64,000 nt of DNA from Deltaproteobacteria bacterium (GCA_019912665.1 JAIOIE010000021.1:135679-199678), one strand, 5' to 3'; numbered from the stretch's first letter, positions 40,057 through 48,019 are shown. The notes: generated by a model from the letters alone, not told the origin. Numbers and translations: made by a program.

Positions 40057-40526
40057 AAAGAGCTTTAGCGTTCATATTGTCCGCCGGCCTTCTGGCGGCT
40101 GCAGGAACATCCTATGCCGCCGACCACAATGCCATCCACGAGAAGATGATGAAGATGGGCGGGCCCAAACCCGATGACAGGGTGGAGCTTAAGCTCCCTG
40201 AGCCCATGAAGGCGATGCAGAAGAGGATGATGCGCCAGCACCTCGACACTGTGAGCGAGATAGCAGCCGCGCTCGGCGCAAACGATATGAATAAGGCCGC
40301 CTCAATTGCGCGTGGGCTCGGCTGGACGCCTGAAGAGGAGGAGCGGTGTGAAGCAGTAGGTGAAATGACCGGCGAGACAGACTTCCTTTCGCTCGGAAAG
40401 GCGGTGCACGTTACCGCAGACGAGCTCGCGGAAGCAGCTCAGGCTGGCAACAGGGACAAGGCCCTCATGGACCTTTCAAGGCTCATAAAAAACTGCAATT
40501 CGTGCCACGAGAAGTTCAGGCACTGA
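40053..40526 (+). CDS. Cytochrome c' / class II c-type cytochrome (four-helix bundle, C-terminal haem site).
   Basis: 157 aa with a signal peptide, predicted helical, and a single CNSCHEKFRH motif at the extreme C-terminus, typical of cytochrome c'/c-556. AAGGAG SD. Confidence 0.7.
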   Translation: MKRALAFILSAGLLAAAGTSYAADHNAIHEKMMKMGGPKPDDRVELKLPEPMKAMQKRMMRQHLDTVSEIAAALGANDMNKAASIARGLGWTPEEEERCEAVGEMTGETDFLSLGKAVHVTADELAEAAQAGNRDKALMDLSRLIKNCNSCHEKFRH

Positions 40527-40543
40527 GAACCATGATCAAAGCC

Positions 40544-40583
40544 AAAATAATGAAGGGGCGGGAGACCGCCCCTTCATTATTTT
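40544..40583. terminator. Bidirectional intrinsic terminator between cytochrome c' (+) and the PfkB kinase (-).
   Basis: A perfect 18-bp stem (AAAATAATGAAGGGGCGG GAGA CCGCCCCTTCATTATTTT) with an A-run on the left and a T-run on the right. Confidence 0.8.
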
Positions 40584-41467
40584 GATTCCTTGATAAACTT
40601 CAGCGCCTCGTTCAACGCCGGTATTCCGGCCCTGCCGCCGAGCTCCCTGCACTTCATGGCAGCAACGGCAGAGGCGAACTCAACGGTCTTCTTGATGTCC
40701 CAGCCCTGAATAACCCCGTACGCGTAAGCGCCGTGGAAGACGTCGCCAGCCCCGGTAGTATCCACTGCCTTCACCTTGAAAGCCTTCTGGAGGTATACCT
40801 TGCCATCGGAGAAGGTGAAGCTCCCCTTGTCGCCCACGGTTACGGTTATCGCCCTGGTCCTGCCGGTCCTGAGCTTCTTGAAGGCCTCCTTTATGCTGAG
40901 CTTCAGGTCCGAGACGAACCGGTCCGAAGAGACCACGTAATCGCACATGGACGCGAGCCTGAGCATTCCCGGCCTCATGCTCCCGGCATCGAGCATGACG
41001 GGGATGCGGAGCCGGATTGCGTGCTCCGCTGCCTTGTAGGAGGCCTCGGTCATGAGGCCGTCGAGGAGGAGAAAGCCAGCGCCCTTAAAGAAAGCAGGGT
41101 CGACCTCGCGCTCCGAAAGGGGCTCAACCGTGGGCCTCTGCCAGCAGATGGTCCTTGAGCCTGTCTTTTTGTTCACCATTACGACGGCCTGCTGCGACCT
41201 GCCGCCGGGCTTGGCAAGAAGGCCCTTTACGTCCACCCCATCGGCCTTGAGCCCCCGTCTTATCTCGTCTCCCGCAGGGTCGTCCGATACCCTGCCTATT
41301 ATAGCGGTCTTTACTCCGAGGCGGCTCAGGGTCACGAGGGCCGTGGCTACCGGCCCGCCTCCCTGGACAGTGAAGTCGAGGACCTCTTTTTTCTCATCCT
41401 CCGGCGGAAAACCGTCGAGTAGCGTTATGTAGTCGAGTGAGCACTGCCCGAGGCCTACTACCTTCAT
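40577..41467 (-). CDS. PfkB-family carbohydrate kinase (ribokinase-like).
   Basis: 296 aa (VVGLGQCSLDYI...GGGPVATA...DTTGAGDVFHGAY), with the GG and DTxGAGD motifs of the ribokinase superfamily. Confidence 0.85.
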   Translation of the reverse strand: MKVVGLGQCSLDYITLLDGFPPEDEKKEVLDFTVQGGGPVATALVTLSRLGVKTAIIGRVSDDPAGDEIRRGLKADGVDVKGLLAKPGGRSQQAVVMVNKKTGSRTICWQRPTVEPLSEREVDPAFFKGAGFLLLDGLMTEASYKAAEHAIRLRIPVMLDAGSMRPGMLRLASMCDYVVSSDRFVSDLKLSIKEAFKKLRTGRTRAITVTVGDKGSFTFSDGKVYLQKAFKVKAVDTTGAGDVFHGAYAYGVIQGWDIKKTVEFASAVAAMKCRELGGRAGIPALNEALKFIKESK

Positions 41468-41883
41468 CTCTCTCCCACCGCCTGCACGGCCACCCTGCGT
41501 TTCCTCGGCCTGTTGTCAAAATCTATGAGCACTACCTGCTGCCAGGTCCCGAGGGCCATTGAGCCTCCGATGACCGGTATGGTTATTCCCGGCTTAAGAA
41601 GTGACGCGCGCACGTGGGCGAAACCGTTGCCGTCGCCCCATTGGCTGTCGTGCTTGTAAGGGATGCCCCTAGGCGCCATGCGCTCTATGGCGTCCTTCAA
41701 GTCCTCGATTACGCCTTTCTCGTATTCTATCGTTGTGATGGAAGCAGTCGAGCCGACGACGAAGACGGAGATAAGCCCATCCCTCATGCCAGACTCATTA
41801 AGCGCCGCCTCGACTTTTGAAGTGATGTCGATTATGTCGGAAAAGCCCTTTGAGCTTATGTCGATATAAGAGGAGAAGGTCAT
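41464..41883 (-). CDS. yjbQ: YjbQ/UPF0047 family protein (secondary thiamine-phosphate synthase fold).
   Basis: 139 aa (IDITSKV...GLISVFVVGSTASITTIEYE...HVRASLLKPGITIPV). 4-nt overlap with the upstream kinase. Confidence 0.8.
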   Translation of the reverse strand: MTFSSYIDISSKGFSDIIDITSKVEAALNESGMRDGLISVFVVGSTASITTIEYEKGVIEDLKDAIERMAPRGIPYKHDSQWGDGNGFAHVRASLLKPGITIPVIGGSMALGTWQQVVLIDFDNRPRKRRVAVQAVGER

Positions 41884-42296
41884 TGGGGAAAGATAGCACC
41901 TTAAGACAGTGCTGTCAAACCGGGGCTACTATGCCGATTTCAAACCGCCGCAAAGGGCTTTTGCTGGTTTTGCAAATTCCCTATTGCACTTTATTATTGT
42001 ATAATCTATGTCATAGGGCATTGCAGGCGCTTAAGGAAACGGCAGCCGGGCTTAAGAAGCGAATCAAGCTTTATAGGCTCGTTATCGGCCATCCCCGGAC
42101 CCCTCTGGCTCCGAAGCTCCTCCTCTGGCTTGCGGTCGGATATACTCTCCTCCCATTCGACCTGATCCCGGACTTTATCCCGGTCCTGGGCCAGCTTGAC
42201 GACCTTATAATCGTGCCGCTCCTTGCAATAGCGGCGCTCAGGCTTATCCCGCGGGAAATAATCGAAGAATGCGAAAGGCCGGTCCGAGAAGGGTAA
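41850..42296 (+). CDS. DUF1232 (YkvA-like) membrane protein; start uncertain.
   Basis: The C-terminal 90 aa carry the DUF1232 signature (LLLWLAVGYTLLPFDLIPDFIPVLGQLDDLIIVPLLAIAAL). An extended -10 (TTGTATAAT at 41994) lies inside the annotated ORF, so the real start is probably a downstream TTG near 42020. Confidence 0.55.
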   Translation: MSLCRYKRRRSLGKDSTLRQCCQTGATMPISNRRKGLLLVLQIPYCTLLLYNLCHRALQALKETAAGLKKRIKLYRLVIGHPRTPLAPKLLLWLAVGYTLLPFDLIPDFIPVLGQLDDLIIVPLLAIAALRLIPREIIEECERPVREG

Positions 42297-42743
42297 TCAA
42301 AAGACCTTCCTGCTGTCGAGCATTAGCGTGACCGGTCCGTCGTTTATCGATTCCACCTCCATGTGCGCCTGGAACTCGCCAGTCTCCACCCTGACCGACT
42401 CGCCGAGCCTCTTGACGAGCGCCTCGTAAATTTTCCTTGCACTTTGGGGCTCCTCGGCCCTGTCAAAGGAGGGCCTCCTGCCCTTGCGGCAGTCCCCGAG
42501 TAGCGTAAACTGCGAGATGACGAGAAGCGACCCGCCCGCCTCTTTTACGTCCAGGTTCATCTTGCCCTGGCGGTCCTCGAATACCCTCAGGCCGGTTATC
42601 TTGGAAGCCATGTAATCCAGATCCTCCGGGCCGTCCCCCTTCTCGACACCCACGAATACGAGGAGCCCTTTTTCTATAACCCCTGTCATCCGGCCGGAAA
42701 CGGAAACCGAGGCGGACGCAACCCTCTGGACCACGGCCCTCAT
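42297..42743 (-). CDS. dtd: D-aminoacyl-tRNA deacylase.
   Basis: 148 aa, MRAVVQRVASASVSV...GLLVFVGVEKGD...SGPVTL. Canonical Dtd. Confidence 0.93.
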   Translation of the reverse strand: MRAVVQRVASASVSVSGRMTGVIEKGLLVFVGVEKGDGPEDLDYMASKITGLRVFEDRQGKMNLDVKEAGGSLLVISQFTLLGDCRKGRRPSFDRAEEPQSARKIYEALVKRLGESVRVETGEFQAHMEVESINDGPVTLMLDSRKVF

Positions 42744-43532
42744 CTACTTCACAGCCCTCACCGCTACAGTATCGCCCACGCGGGCCCCAAGGGCCTCTGC
42801 GGCGTTTCCGCGATTGACCGCGACCTCGAGATACCCGGTGCTTCCGATGAGGGCCGTGGCGGCGCCCTTCTCGACCATGGCGTATGTCTTTTTGAGGCCG
42901 GTGAGCGCGGCATTCTTGACGGTCACCTCTACCGCCGTCCCATCCAGGGCTGAGAGGTCCTCGCGCCGGATGTTCGTTATGAGGTTTCCGAAAGAATCTA
43001 TATAGACGACCTCGCCTCTCAGGCCGCCCTTTTCGGGAACTGTCTTCGGGAGGTCAAGCGCCAGTATCTTATCGAGCGCCTGCCCCGTCTCCTCGGGCTT
43101 TGCGCCGAGGCTTAAGTGAGCCGCGACCGGGCCGAAAATATCCCTTCCATGGAAGGTGCTCATGACCTCGTCCCTGAAGAGCTCCCTATTTGTAAGCTCG
43201 ACTGCCCTTAAAATGCCGTCTTCGCGGACCGAGGGACTTAATAGACCGTTATCCGGGCCGATATAGAAAAACCTTCTGGTCTCGACCAGTATCGGTTTCC
43301 TGTCCCCCCCGACACCGGGGTCCACGACCGCCACATGGATCGTCTTTTCAGGGAAATAGCGGGAAGCGCCCAGGAGCACGAACGCTCCTTCGAGTATGTT
43401 TCCGGGCTGGACAAGGTGGGTTATGTCAACGATCCGGACCCCCGGGTTGATCGACAAGATGGCGCCTTTCATGGCGCCCTGGTAGGGGTCCTTCAGCCCG
43501 AAATCGGTCGTCAACGTGATTATCCGTTCCAT
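42744..43532 (-). CDS. SAM hydrolase / SAM-dependent halogenase family protein (DUF62; SAM hydroxide adenosyltransferase-like).
   Basis: 262 aa (ITLTTDFGLKDPYQGAMKGAILSINPGVRIVDITH...DSFGNLITN). Family-diagnostic N-terminal motif. Confidence 0.85.
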   Translation of the reverse strand: MERIITLTTDFGLKDPYQGAMKGAILSINPGVRIVDITHLVQPGNILEGAFVLLGASRYFPEKTIHVAVVDPGVGGDRKPILVETRRFFYIGPDNGLLSPSVREDGILRAVELTNRELFRDEVMSTFHGRDIFGPVAAHLSLGAKPEETGQALDKILALDLPKTVPEKGGLRGEVVYIDSFGNLITNIRREDLSALDGTAVEVTVKNAALTGLKKTYAMVEKGAATALIGSTGYLEVAVNRGNAAEALGARVGDTVAVRAVK

Positions 43533-43703
43533 TGCGGGAATAGTCTATTACACAGGGGCCGGTTTTTCAATCCCGCAGACGCGGGCTTCGCCATCCAATA
43601 TCCGGGTTAGAAAAGCATGAAAGGAGAGTGAACGTGACAGAAGGGCCGGGCAAGCAGCGGCTGAAGGGCAGGGTTACCCTCCAGCCCTTAAGTCTGTGCC
43701 GGC

Positions 43704-43994
43704 TCAGCCTCTGGGCGAGAATGTCTTGCAGTCCGCGTGCTCGCTGTGGTGGGAGACGTTTATGCCGGGGGCGGTACACTCGTAGGACTTGTTATAATTG
43801 CATTCGTAGGCCCTGCATGCCCCTACGCCGCCGACGATGTCCGCCCCGCCCTTTGTCGGGGCCCTGTAGAAGGTATCGCATGTGGCATGCCCGCCGTCGC
43901 CGACCGTGATAGCCATCGTGTGGCATTCGCTGTTTGTGTTGTACGCGCATTCAAGCACCGTACAGCTCATTATCTTCGGCATTGTAATGGCCAT
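43704..43994 (-). CDS. DUF1540-family small Cys-repeat protein.
   Basis: Start placed at MAITMPK (ATG at 43994-43992, SD AAGGGGGG 6 nt upstream); the track ORF's first 28 aa lack a good SD. 96 aa with two tandem repeats of the DUF1540 module: C-x(3,4)-C-x-YN-x(4)-C-x(10,16)-C-x-TF. Confidence 0.7.
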   Translation of the reverse strand: MAITMPKIMSCTVLECAYNTNSECHTMAITVGDGGHATCDTFYRAPTKGGADIVGGVGACRAYECNYNKSYECTAPGINVSHHSEHADCKTFSPRG

Positions 43995-44135
43995 TTGTAC
44001 CCCCCTTTTTAATTCTTGGAATCCGGGCCGCCCTATCCCCTGTAAATCTGAGTATAACCCCGTTCCGGGCCGTGTCAATCCGCATTAAACCCTAAAGATT
44101 TCCTGCCCGTTTCCGATAAATCTGAGTGGAGGCAA

Positions 44136-44270
44136 CCTCTAAAAATTAGAGATTTTTCCCGCAATCAAGGAAGGCCGGGAATAAAAAGCGGAGCATATAT
44201 GACAATATGTGAGCATTTTTATTACCGGCCTGACGCAGAGTCCGGGGAAAAGATCAATTTCTGGAGGTTG
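44136..44270 (+). repeat. Copy 3 (long form) of the three-copy intergenic repeat, in the divergent DUF1540/HD-GYP intergenic region.
   Basis: CCTCTAAAAATTAGAGATTTTTCCCGCAATCAAGGAAGGCCGGGAATAAAAAGCGGAGCATATATGACAATATGTGAGCATTTTTATTACCGGCCTGACGCAGAGTCCGGGGAAAAGATCAATTTCTGGAGGTTG. Same orientation as copies 1 and 2. Confidence 0.8.
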
Positions 44271-44305
44271 TCTGGATAAAATCGCCCTCCGGACGGCTTA
44301 AATAT

Positions 44306-45553
44306 ATGATGAAAAAAATAAGACTTTCTGAGCTGGAAAAAGGCATGTATGTCTGCGGCGTCGAGAAGCGCGGCATGAGCCCGGTTTTCCTCGTGAATGA
44401 CATCCTCGTGCGCTCGGATGACGACCTGACGAGGATGTCCGCCAGGGGATACGCCCATGTATACATTTCACTGAATGAAAAGGAAGCGGCCCAGCACGCG
44501 GCAAATGACGGGGACGGGGCCGCAGGAGCGCCTTTTTACCCCGGAACAGAAACGCTCACGGCTGCAGATGAAGGGGCCCAAGGGGCAGAAAGCGGCAAAG
44601 ACAACCCGTCCGACCCGTATCGCGAGTTCAAGAAAGAGCTTGCGGAAGCCGAGGACATCCGGCATGACGCCGAGCAGGTGGTTAGGGACTTCCTCCAGAA
44701 CGCCAGGTCCGGGCAGAGTATAGACTCGGACAGGGTCCTCGAAACCGTCGGCCGCATGGTCGACTCGGTAATAAGGAACCAGGACGCGCTCACTAGCCTT
44801 GCAAGGCTCAAGAGCTTCGACGATTACACCTTCGCTCATTCCGTGAACGTGTGCATACTCTCGCTCGCGGTCGGCAGGCACCTCGGGCTCGAGAAAGACG
44901 ACCTCGACCAGCTCGGCCTGGGGGCCATACTCCACGACATAGGGAAGATGCTCGTGCCAGGAGACCTCCTTAACAAGCCCGGCCGCCTTAGCGAAGGCGA
45001 GTTCACGGTCATGAAAAAGCACACGGAGCTCGGCAAGGACGTGCTCGCAGGTATGAAATGCGTGAAGGAGCCCGCTTTGAGGGTGGTGCTCGAGCACCAC
45101 GAGCGCTTCGACGGGAGCGGCTACCACATGCGGCTTTCAGGAAGCGGCATACACCTCTACGCGCGCATAACTGGAATAGCCGACGTGTACGATGCGATGA
45201 CCAGCAACAGGGTCTACCAGAAAGGCATGCGCCCGGAGGACGCGCTCAAGAGGCTATACCATTCAAGAGGCTCCCTCTTCGACCCGGAACTTGTAGAGAG
45301 GCTCATAAAATGCCTGGGGGTCTACCCCATCGGGACCTGCGTAGAGCTCAATACAGGCGAGGCGGCCATCGTCAATATGATAAACCACTCGCACCCGCTT
45401 AAGCCCCGCGTGCTCCTTATAGCGGACAGGGAGGGCCTGCCTTTCCCCGTGCCCCTGGAAACCGACCTCAAGGAGGACGCCGGGAGGTGGATCGTCGGGT
45501 CTAAAAAGCCCGAGGAATTCGCCTTCCATATCCCTGCCCTCTGCGCCAACTGA
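44306..45553 (+). CDS. HD-GYP-type metal-dependent phosphohydrolase (likely c-di-GMP phosphodiesterase) with a variant GYH motif.
   Basis: 415 aa. HD domain (AHSVNVCILS...LGLGAILHDIGKMLVP) followed by LEHHERFDGSGYH, which is HHExxDGxGYP with P replaced by H. Confidence 0.85.
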   Translation: MMKKIRLSELEKGMYVCGVEKRGMSPVFLVNDILVRSDDDLTRMSARGYAHVYISLNEKEAAQHAANDGDGAAGAPFYPGTETLTAADEGAQGAESGKDNPSDPYREFKKELAEAEDIRHDAEQVVRDFLQNARSGQSIDSDRVLETVGRMVDSVIRNQDALTSLARLKSFDDYTFAHSVNVCILSLAVGRHLGLEKDDLDQLGLGAILHDIGKMLVPGDLLNKPGRLSEGEFTVMKKHTELGKDVLAGMKCVKEPALRVVLEHHERFDGSGYHMRLSGSGIHLYARITGIADVYDAMTSNRVYQKGMRPEDALKRLYHSRGSLFDPELVERLIKCLGVYPIGTCVELNTGEAAIVNMINHSHPLKPRVLLIADREGLPFPVPLETDLKEDAGRWIVGSKKPEEFAFHIPALCAN

Positions 45554-45600
45554 CCGGGTGTGTGCTGAAAAACCGCCAGTTTTCAATCCATTCTTTAAAC

Positions 45601-45639
45601 GGAGGCAAAAGCGCTCGCGACCAAGCGCCTTTTGCCTCC
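45601..45639. terminator. Strong GC-rich hairpin downstream of the HD-GYP gene; possible terminator without a canonical U-tract.
   Basis: GGAGGCAAAAGCGC TCGCGACCAA GCGC(C)TTTTGCCTCC, a 14-bp stem with a single bulge. No T-run follows on either strand. Confidence 0.4.
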
Positions 45640-45710
45640 TCTGCATGCCTGCCCGTCCGCCATTTATCAGTGACCGCTCCGCCGAAATATTGTATATTGT
45701 AGGCTAAGAA

Positions 45711-46199
45711 ATGGAGGAAGCCATGAATGAGCTGGTGAGGCTTGACCTGAGGGGCGCGCCGGTGCACGAGCGCCACCCGATGGTATTCGACGGATGGGAA
45801 GGGCTTGCGGCCGGCAAGGTCCTGCAGATAGTAAACGACTACGACCCGAGGGCGATCCGGTACATGCTCGAATCCGAATACGCCGGAAAGTTCGAATGGG
45901 AGTGCGTGTCCAGCGGCCCCGAATGGGTGGTGAACATAACGAAGACCAGGCTTCCCGAGGCGAGCGGCGAGGAACTCAGGAAAAAGGTCATCGCCGGGCT
46001 CGATAATGTGCGGCCGCATCTCCAGGCAGACGGCGGCGACGTCGAGCTTGTGGATATAGACGAGGCCGAAAAGGTCGTCAAGGTGCGCCTTACCGGGGCG
46101 TGCGGGGGCTGCCCCTCGGCGGCCATGACCCTCAAGTCAGGGGTCGAGGTGCAGGTGAGGAAGTTCGCCCCGGAGATACTGAGGGTCGAGCCGGTTTAA
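45711..46199 (+). CDS. DUF2249 - NifU C-terminal (Nfu-type Fe-S scaffold) fusion protein.
   Basis: 162 aa. The N-terminal 80 aa match the DUF2249 pattern (LDLRGAPVHERHPMVFDGWEGLAAGKVLQIVNDYDPRAIRYML). The C-terminal 75 aa form an Nfu domain with a CxxC site (VRPHLQADGGDVELVDI...LTGACGGCPSA). Confidence 0.8.
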   Translation: MEEAMNELVRLDLRGAPVHERHPMVFDGWEGLAAGKVLQIVNDYDPRAIRYMLESEYAGKFEWECVSSGPEWVVNITKTRLPEASGEELRKKVIAGLDNVRPHLQADGGDVELVDIDEAEKVVKVRLTGACGGCPSAAMTLKSGVEVQVRKFAPEILRVEPV

Positions 46200-46245
46200 C
46201 CGGCTGGCCTATGCTGTAAAAAAACGCGATTTCCTCGCGTCTGAC

Positions 46246-46398
46246 TCACGCCGTCTTTTTTACGAAACGCTCGGGAGCGTGCTCGAACGCCTCCTTGCAG
46301 GCCTCGCTGCAGAAGTAGTACGTCTTCCCCTTGTACTCTGTCGTGGCCTCGGCGTTTTCTTCGCTAAGCTCCATCTTGCATACGGGGTCGGCAGGCAT
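46246..46398 (-). CDS. YHS-domain (TRASH-like) small metal-binding protein.
   Basis: Start placed at the internal ATG at 46398 with a perfect SD (TAAGGAGGTG). 50 aa MPADPVCKMELSEENAEATTEYKGKTYYFCSEACKEAFEHAPERF, the YHS consensus. Third gene of the putative radical-SAM operon. Confidence 0.7.
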   Translation of the reverse strand: MPADPVCKMELSEENAEATTEYKGKTYYFCSEACKEAFEHAPERFVKKTA

Positions 46399-46460
46399 GG
46401 CGCACCTCCTTATATGGTCACCCGTTGAGCCATTCGAAACGGCCGCGCTCAGTGGGCCGG

Positions 46461-46652
46461 TTATTCTGAATTCTTTGGAAGGCAGTCTTCCTTCCAGCAG
46501 CATTGAAGCTGGTCGCATAAATCCACGGCAGTCCCGAAGCACGGGAAGTTACCCTCCGTGACTTGTATCTCCCTTATGAGGTCCCTTTTCCCTTTCCTCG
46601 ATGTCTTAAGCCCGAGCTTCTTCGCCTTTTCCCTTACCTTTTCCATCTGCAT
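46461..46652 (-). CDS. Small Cys-rich peptide: N-terminal HeH/Rho_N-like helix-hairpin followed by a 5-Cys C-terminal region. Candidate radical-SAM substrate.
   Basis: Strong SD (GAAGGAGGAAAG, 6 nt, then ATG). 63 aa: MQMEKVREKAKKLGLKTSRKGKRDLIREIQVTEG | NFPCFGTAVDLCDQLQCCWKEDCLPKNSE. Overlaps the 3' end of the radical-SAM gene by 47 nt. Same strand as the radical-SAM and YHS genes. Confidence 0.6.
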   Translation of the reverse strand: MQMEKVREKAKKLGLKTSRKGKRDLIREIQVTEGNFPCFGTAVDLCDQLQCCWKEDCLPKNSE

Positions 46653-47820
46653 CCGCGGCTTTCCTCCTTCCGTCTTCTTCCCCTGAGAATCCCCTGTGTA
46701 TGTGCTTCAAGACCCATTCAAGCCCCCTCGAATAGGTGTTGTAGTAATGATAGACCTGGTAATTGCATGTCGAGAGGCACTTGGGGTTGCACTCCTTTTT
46801 CGTCTCGCGGAGCGCGGCCGGGTCGAATGCCGGCTCCCAGACCCTGCCCCAGTCTTTCTCCGTCGAGTAGAGCTCGAAGCAGGGGGCGAGCGTGCCGTCG
46901 AGCCTTATTACAAGCGAATTAAGCCCGGCCCTGCAGTCCCAGGGCCCGCCCTTGCCCCTCACGAACGACTTCATGGCCCGGAGGTGCTCGGCCGAGTTGA
47001 CCATTGGCCAGCCTTCGAGGTTCTTCTCAACGAGCCAGTCAATGAGCTCGTCGGTTTTCCTGAAGTGCTCCTCTGAAATCCAGAAGCCCTGTTCGAGATG
47101 CTTGTAGTGCTTCTGCTCGATGACGGGGTGCTCGTTCATGTGATAGTCGGTGCCGATGTCGTGCTCCCGGGCTATCCGGGTAAGCTCCTTTACGTCCTCG
47201 ATATTTTCCGAGGTGATATTTATGTTGAAGAAAATGATGTAGCCGTACTTCTCCCTGAGCCTCACGAGGTGCTTGAAATTAGTCTTTACCCTATCGAAGC
47301 TCTTCGGAAGCCCCGGCGCTTCCTTAATCTTATCTACCGCGAGGTTTACGGCCGCCACACCCGCATCCCCTGCCCTCTCGATAAAATCCCTGTCCATGAG
47401 GATGCCGTTCGTGGGGAGGTACATGAAGAAGTCCCGGTCGCTCCCGTATTTAATGACATCGAGTATGAACTTCTTCCGTAAGAGCGGCTCCCCTCCCATC
47501 AAGGCCACCACCCTGCAGCCCACGGTCCGGAGCCAGTCGATGGACTTTCTCGCGGTCTCCGGGGGCATGCCCTTCACCTTGTTATTCCAGGTGAAGCAGT
47601 ACCAGCAGTTTACGTTGCATTTCCAGTCTGTGAAGAGATAGGAAAGGAGCGGCCTGAACCTGTCCGAGTAATATCTCGACTTCAGATACGGTATGTACCA
47701 GCAGCGGAGACCCCTTACGAGGTTCTTAGCCGTGTTACGCGTCTTTTTTGAGAGAAGCCTCCCCGTTTTCCCGTCCTCAAGGCCAATTTCCGCACCCGCT
47801 CTGCCCGGCTTTGAAAGCAT
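46606..47820 (-). CDS. Radical SAM/SPASM-domain protein (peptide/protein-modifying maturase-like).
   Basis: CxxxCxxC cluster site (CNVNCWYC), a GGEPLL motif, and a C-terminal SPASM/twitch Cys pattern (CRAGLNS...DGTLAPCF...CNPKCLSTCNY). Start placed at the internal ATG at 47820 with SD GGAGGAGGGAG; the track ORF starts 54 nt earlier without an SD. Confidence 0.85.
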   Translation of the reverse strand: MLSKPGRAGAEIGLEDGKTGRLLSKKTRNTAKNLVRGLRCWYIPYLKSRYYSDRFRPLLSYLFTDWKCNVNCWYCFTWNNKVKGMPPETARKSIDWLRTVGCRVVALMGGEPLLRKKFILDVIKYGSDRDFFMYLPTNGILMDRDFIERAGDAGVAAVNLAVDKIKEAPGLPKSFDRVKTNFKHLVRLREKYGYIIFFNINITSENIEDVKELTRIAREHDIGTDYHMNEHPVIEQKHYKHLEQGFWISEEHFRKTDELIDWLVEKNLEGWPMVNSAEHLRAMKSFVRGKGGPWDCRAGLNSLVIRLDGTLAPCFELYSTEKDWGRVWEPAFDPAALRETKKECNPKCLSTCNYQVYHYYNTYSRGLEWVLKHIHRGFSGEEDGRRKAADADGKGKGKGEEARA

Positions 47821-48019
47821 AGCTCCCTCCTCCGGAAAAAACGTGCTCTTCCCCGTTGCGGGGCCGCTCACCATTATAAATTAGGACAGCTTTTGTCGTT
47901 TCAGTCAACTACCCGGTGGCCGAACCCGGAAAGGCACGTTATTGCTCTGCTTTTCTCGACCCGCTTCCAAAAACCCTCATTTAAATGGTATGCTGTTGCC
48001 CTCTACTGGAGGGTAAAAG

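Noticed and set aside
41850-42020. N-terminal ~55 codons of the DUF1232 track ORF.
   Set aside because: They overlap the yjbQ 3' end and contain an extended -10-like TTGTATAAT. They are likely 5' UTR rather than coding. The gene is kept with an uncertain start.
45263-45646. 127-aa minus-strand ORF.
   Set aside because: It overlaps the 3' end of the HD-GYP gene and the terminator hairpin, and has no independent support.
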